From: Candidatus Bathyarchaeota archaeon
GTDB taxonomy: Archaea > Thermoproteota > Bathyarchaeia > Bathyarchaeales > Bathycorpusculaceae
Assembly (NCBI GenBank): GCA_963827165.1
Contig: CAWGZR010000002.1
Location: 1-59,785, forward strand
DNA: 59,785 nucleotides
Reading direction: 5' to 3'
Below are positions 59,741 through 59,785 of this stretch, in pieces. Numbering within the stretch: the first letter of the stretch is position 1; each line of letters starts with the position of its first letter. The notes beneath the pieces were generated by a model, which worked only from the letters and a program-made list of their open reading frames with translations, did not search any database and was not told the DNA's origin. The position numbers and the translations under genes were made by a program.

Positions 59741-59785
59741 GTTAGAGGCTCAGACGGGTTTAGGTACATGTTAAGGGCATCGTTA

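Overview
Archaeal chromosomal segment, most consistent with Bathyarchaeia (TACK). This placement is inferred from archaeal LeuRS, aIF-1A, TFB, rpl12p separated from the L10/L1 cluster, TackOD1/NitrOD5-like signalling proteins and frequent TTG starts. Housekeeping content includes a DRG GTPase, ino1, PGI/PMI, a SPOUT methylase, tag, pyrI, leuS, RNase HI, aspartase/fumarase and tRNA-Ala(GGC) and tRNA-Pro(CGG). These genes flank a ~17 kb surface-appendage locus (12.7-29.3 kb). The locus holds an Ig-domain surface protein, a strongly divergent TFB paralogue, two duplicated type IV pilins, a minor pilin, a ~1570 aa pilin-signal adhesin, an assembly ATPase, two TadC/FlaJ platforms and two signalling output-domain proteins. 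The best lead is that four promoters in this locus share an atypical element, WCRCRGTWTATAWG, in place of the usual A-rich BRE, and the neighbouring TFB has a rewired BRE-reading helix. Together these suggest a dedicated, sigma-like TFB regulon for the pilus. Other leads are a candidate stand-alone structured ncRNA (35.6 kb), a 10-bp-phased repeat array (32.9 kb), apparent ACG start codons, an egghead-like glycosyltransferase and several micro-proteins missing from the ORF track. Single-base indels break several conserved genes, including leuS, so the sequence probably contains consensus errors. All family assignments come from motif recognition by eye, not database searches.
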